Shown piece by piece: positions 63,093-64,000 of a stretch of 64,000 nt of DNA (the first letter of the stretch is position 1; the number at the start of each line of letters is the position of its first letter). The position numbers and the translations under genes were made by a program. Under the pieces are notes generated by a model. It ran no database searches, was not told where the DNA came from, and saw nothing but the letters and a program-made list of their open reading frames with translations. This DNA is from Basidiobolus meristosporus CBS 931.73 (taxonomy: Eukaryota; Fungi; Basidiobolomycota). The stretch lies in the NCBI GenBank assembly GCA_002104905.1, contig MCFE01000275.1:41678-105677 (forward strand), given 5' to 3'.

Positions 63093-64000
63093 TCAGGCAG
63101 AGGTTGTAGCTTCTTCAGAGGCAGCATTAACAATGTGACCTGCAGAGTCCCAGAGCTCTTCAAATGGTGCATCACTTAAGTCAGCAAGGAGGGAAATGGC
63201 ATGGTTCTTGAGGAAGTATGCCACATCATAGGAGGGGGCTTGTCTCTTGATGGCAGCAAAGAAAGACAGAATGGCAACATGGGCTGGAGGCTTGTTGAAC
63301 AGTAGAGAGTCAGAGGATTCAGATTCTTCAGGCACTATCTTGAAGTCAGTTTTCAGCCAGTTAAGGTTCTTCTCCACAAAGGCAACAAATGGGTCAGCAA
63401 TGTTTTGGTCTAGGATAACCTCCAGAATCTTCCCTTTTCTCCAGGCCAGGTTGACAATTCTTGAGAGCTGAATATTGCATGCCTTGAGTGCTTTCCTGAT
63501 GTTGGAAATGGGGGTCCAGGGAACTTGCTTCAAGTACACCACAGTCCAGGTAGAAGCTGGTGGTAGGTTTGCTGGGGGCTTGTAAGTCCTTCTGTGTTGC
63601 AATGGAGCTGCAGTATTCAGATTGGAGTCCACATTCTCAGTAGAAGGTTTTCCTGATGTGTCTTGCTGAATAGTACTGGAGCTGGATGTGCTGATAATTC
63701 TTGCTAGAACCTTGCCTGCATAAGTCTGAGGTATAGCTGAGGTGACTGTAGAGATGGTGGCAGCTGGTGCAGGTGGAGAGGCAGAGACTGAAGCAGGAAC
63801 TGAGGTCACCTGGGAGAAGGCAGTAGAAGCAGGTTTTCTGGGAGGAACAGAGTTCACTATCCAGTTGTTCTGTAAAACACTGGAGTAGCTTTTCTGTGGA
63901 ACAGGATCTTGCTCTTGAACAGGAACAGAAGCAGGAGGCTGGGGCTGAGCAGTAGTGGTAAGGCAGTGGCACTCCAAGGAAGCTTTTTGCAAGGCATCTC
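63093..64000 (-). CDS. LINE ORF1 (partial, open to the window edge)
   Basis: S/T/P/A-rich linker then VVYLKQVPWTPISNIRKALKACNIQLSRIVNL; ends in TGA at 63095-63093. Confidence 0.8.
   Translation of the reverse strand, partial: DALQKASLECHCLTTTAQPQPPASVPVQEQDPVPQKSYSSVLQNNWIVNSVPPRKPASTAFSQVTSVPASVSASPPAPAATISTVTSAIPQTYAGKVLARIISTSSSSTIQQDTSGKPSTENVDSNLNTAAPLQHRRTYKPPANLPPASTWTVVYLKQVPWTPISNIRKALKACNIQLSRIVNLAWRKGKILEVILDQNIADPFVAFVEKNLNWLKTDFKIVPEESESSDSLLFNKPPAHVAILSFFAAIKRQAPSYDVAYFLKNHAISLLADLSDAPFEELWDSAGHIVNAASEEATTSA

Larger units (their letters stand above)
60249..64000 (-). mobile_element. Non-LTR retrotransposon (LINE, APE-RT type), 5' end beyond the window
   Basis: ORF1 plus ORF2, about 60-nt 3' UTR with AATAAA, hairpin and telomere-like tail. 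Confidence 0.95.

Overview
Eukaryotic, fungal-type DNA with short GT-AG introns of about 50-80 nt. The gene and transposon content fits an early-diverging fungus (Zoopagomycota/Mucoromycota-like; inference). Left end (1-11.5 kb): mostly decayed repeats around one intact SDR gene. Core (11.7-31.6 kb): two tail-to-tail M14 carboxypeptidase genes sharing a 1111-bp near-perfect inverted repeat but with divergent catalytic C-halves, then a penta-EF-hand gene, an SLC10A7-like symporter, THO2, a canonical PPR protein and MTAP. Right part (32-64 kb): accessory, TE-rich region. It holds a carboxypeptidase relic, a WrbA-type quinone reductase, an HSL esterase, a P450, an APH-kinase pseudogene with a signal peptide, a Ty3/Gypsy element 11 bp upstream of tRNA-Arg, a piggyBac relic, tRNA-Pro, a DAO-family oxidase, and nested LINE and chromovirus pieces. 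Standout observations: (1) a potentially invertible carboxypeptidase C-terminal cassette; (2) APE-RT LINEs whose 3' ends finish in telomere-type (CCCTAA)n at four junctions, all in the same orientation; (3) the main LINE has open ORFs but no CpG in 3.7 kb; (4) its ORF2 follows ORF1 in frame after a UGA-CUA readthrough-type stop and has no AUG before the endonuclease motifs.
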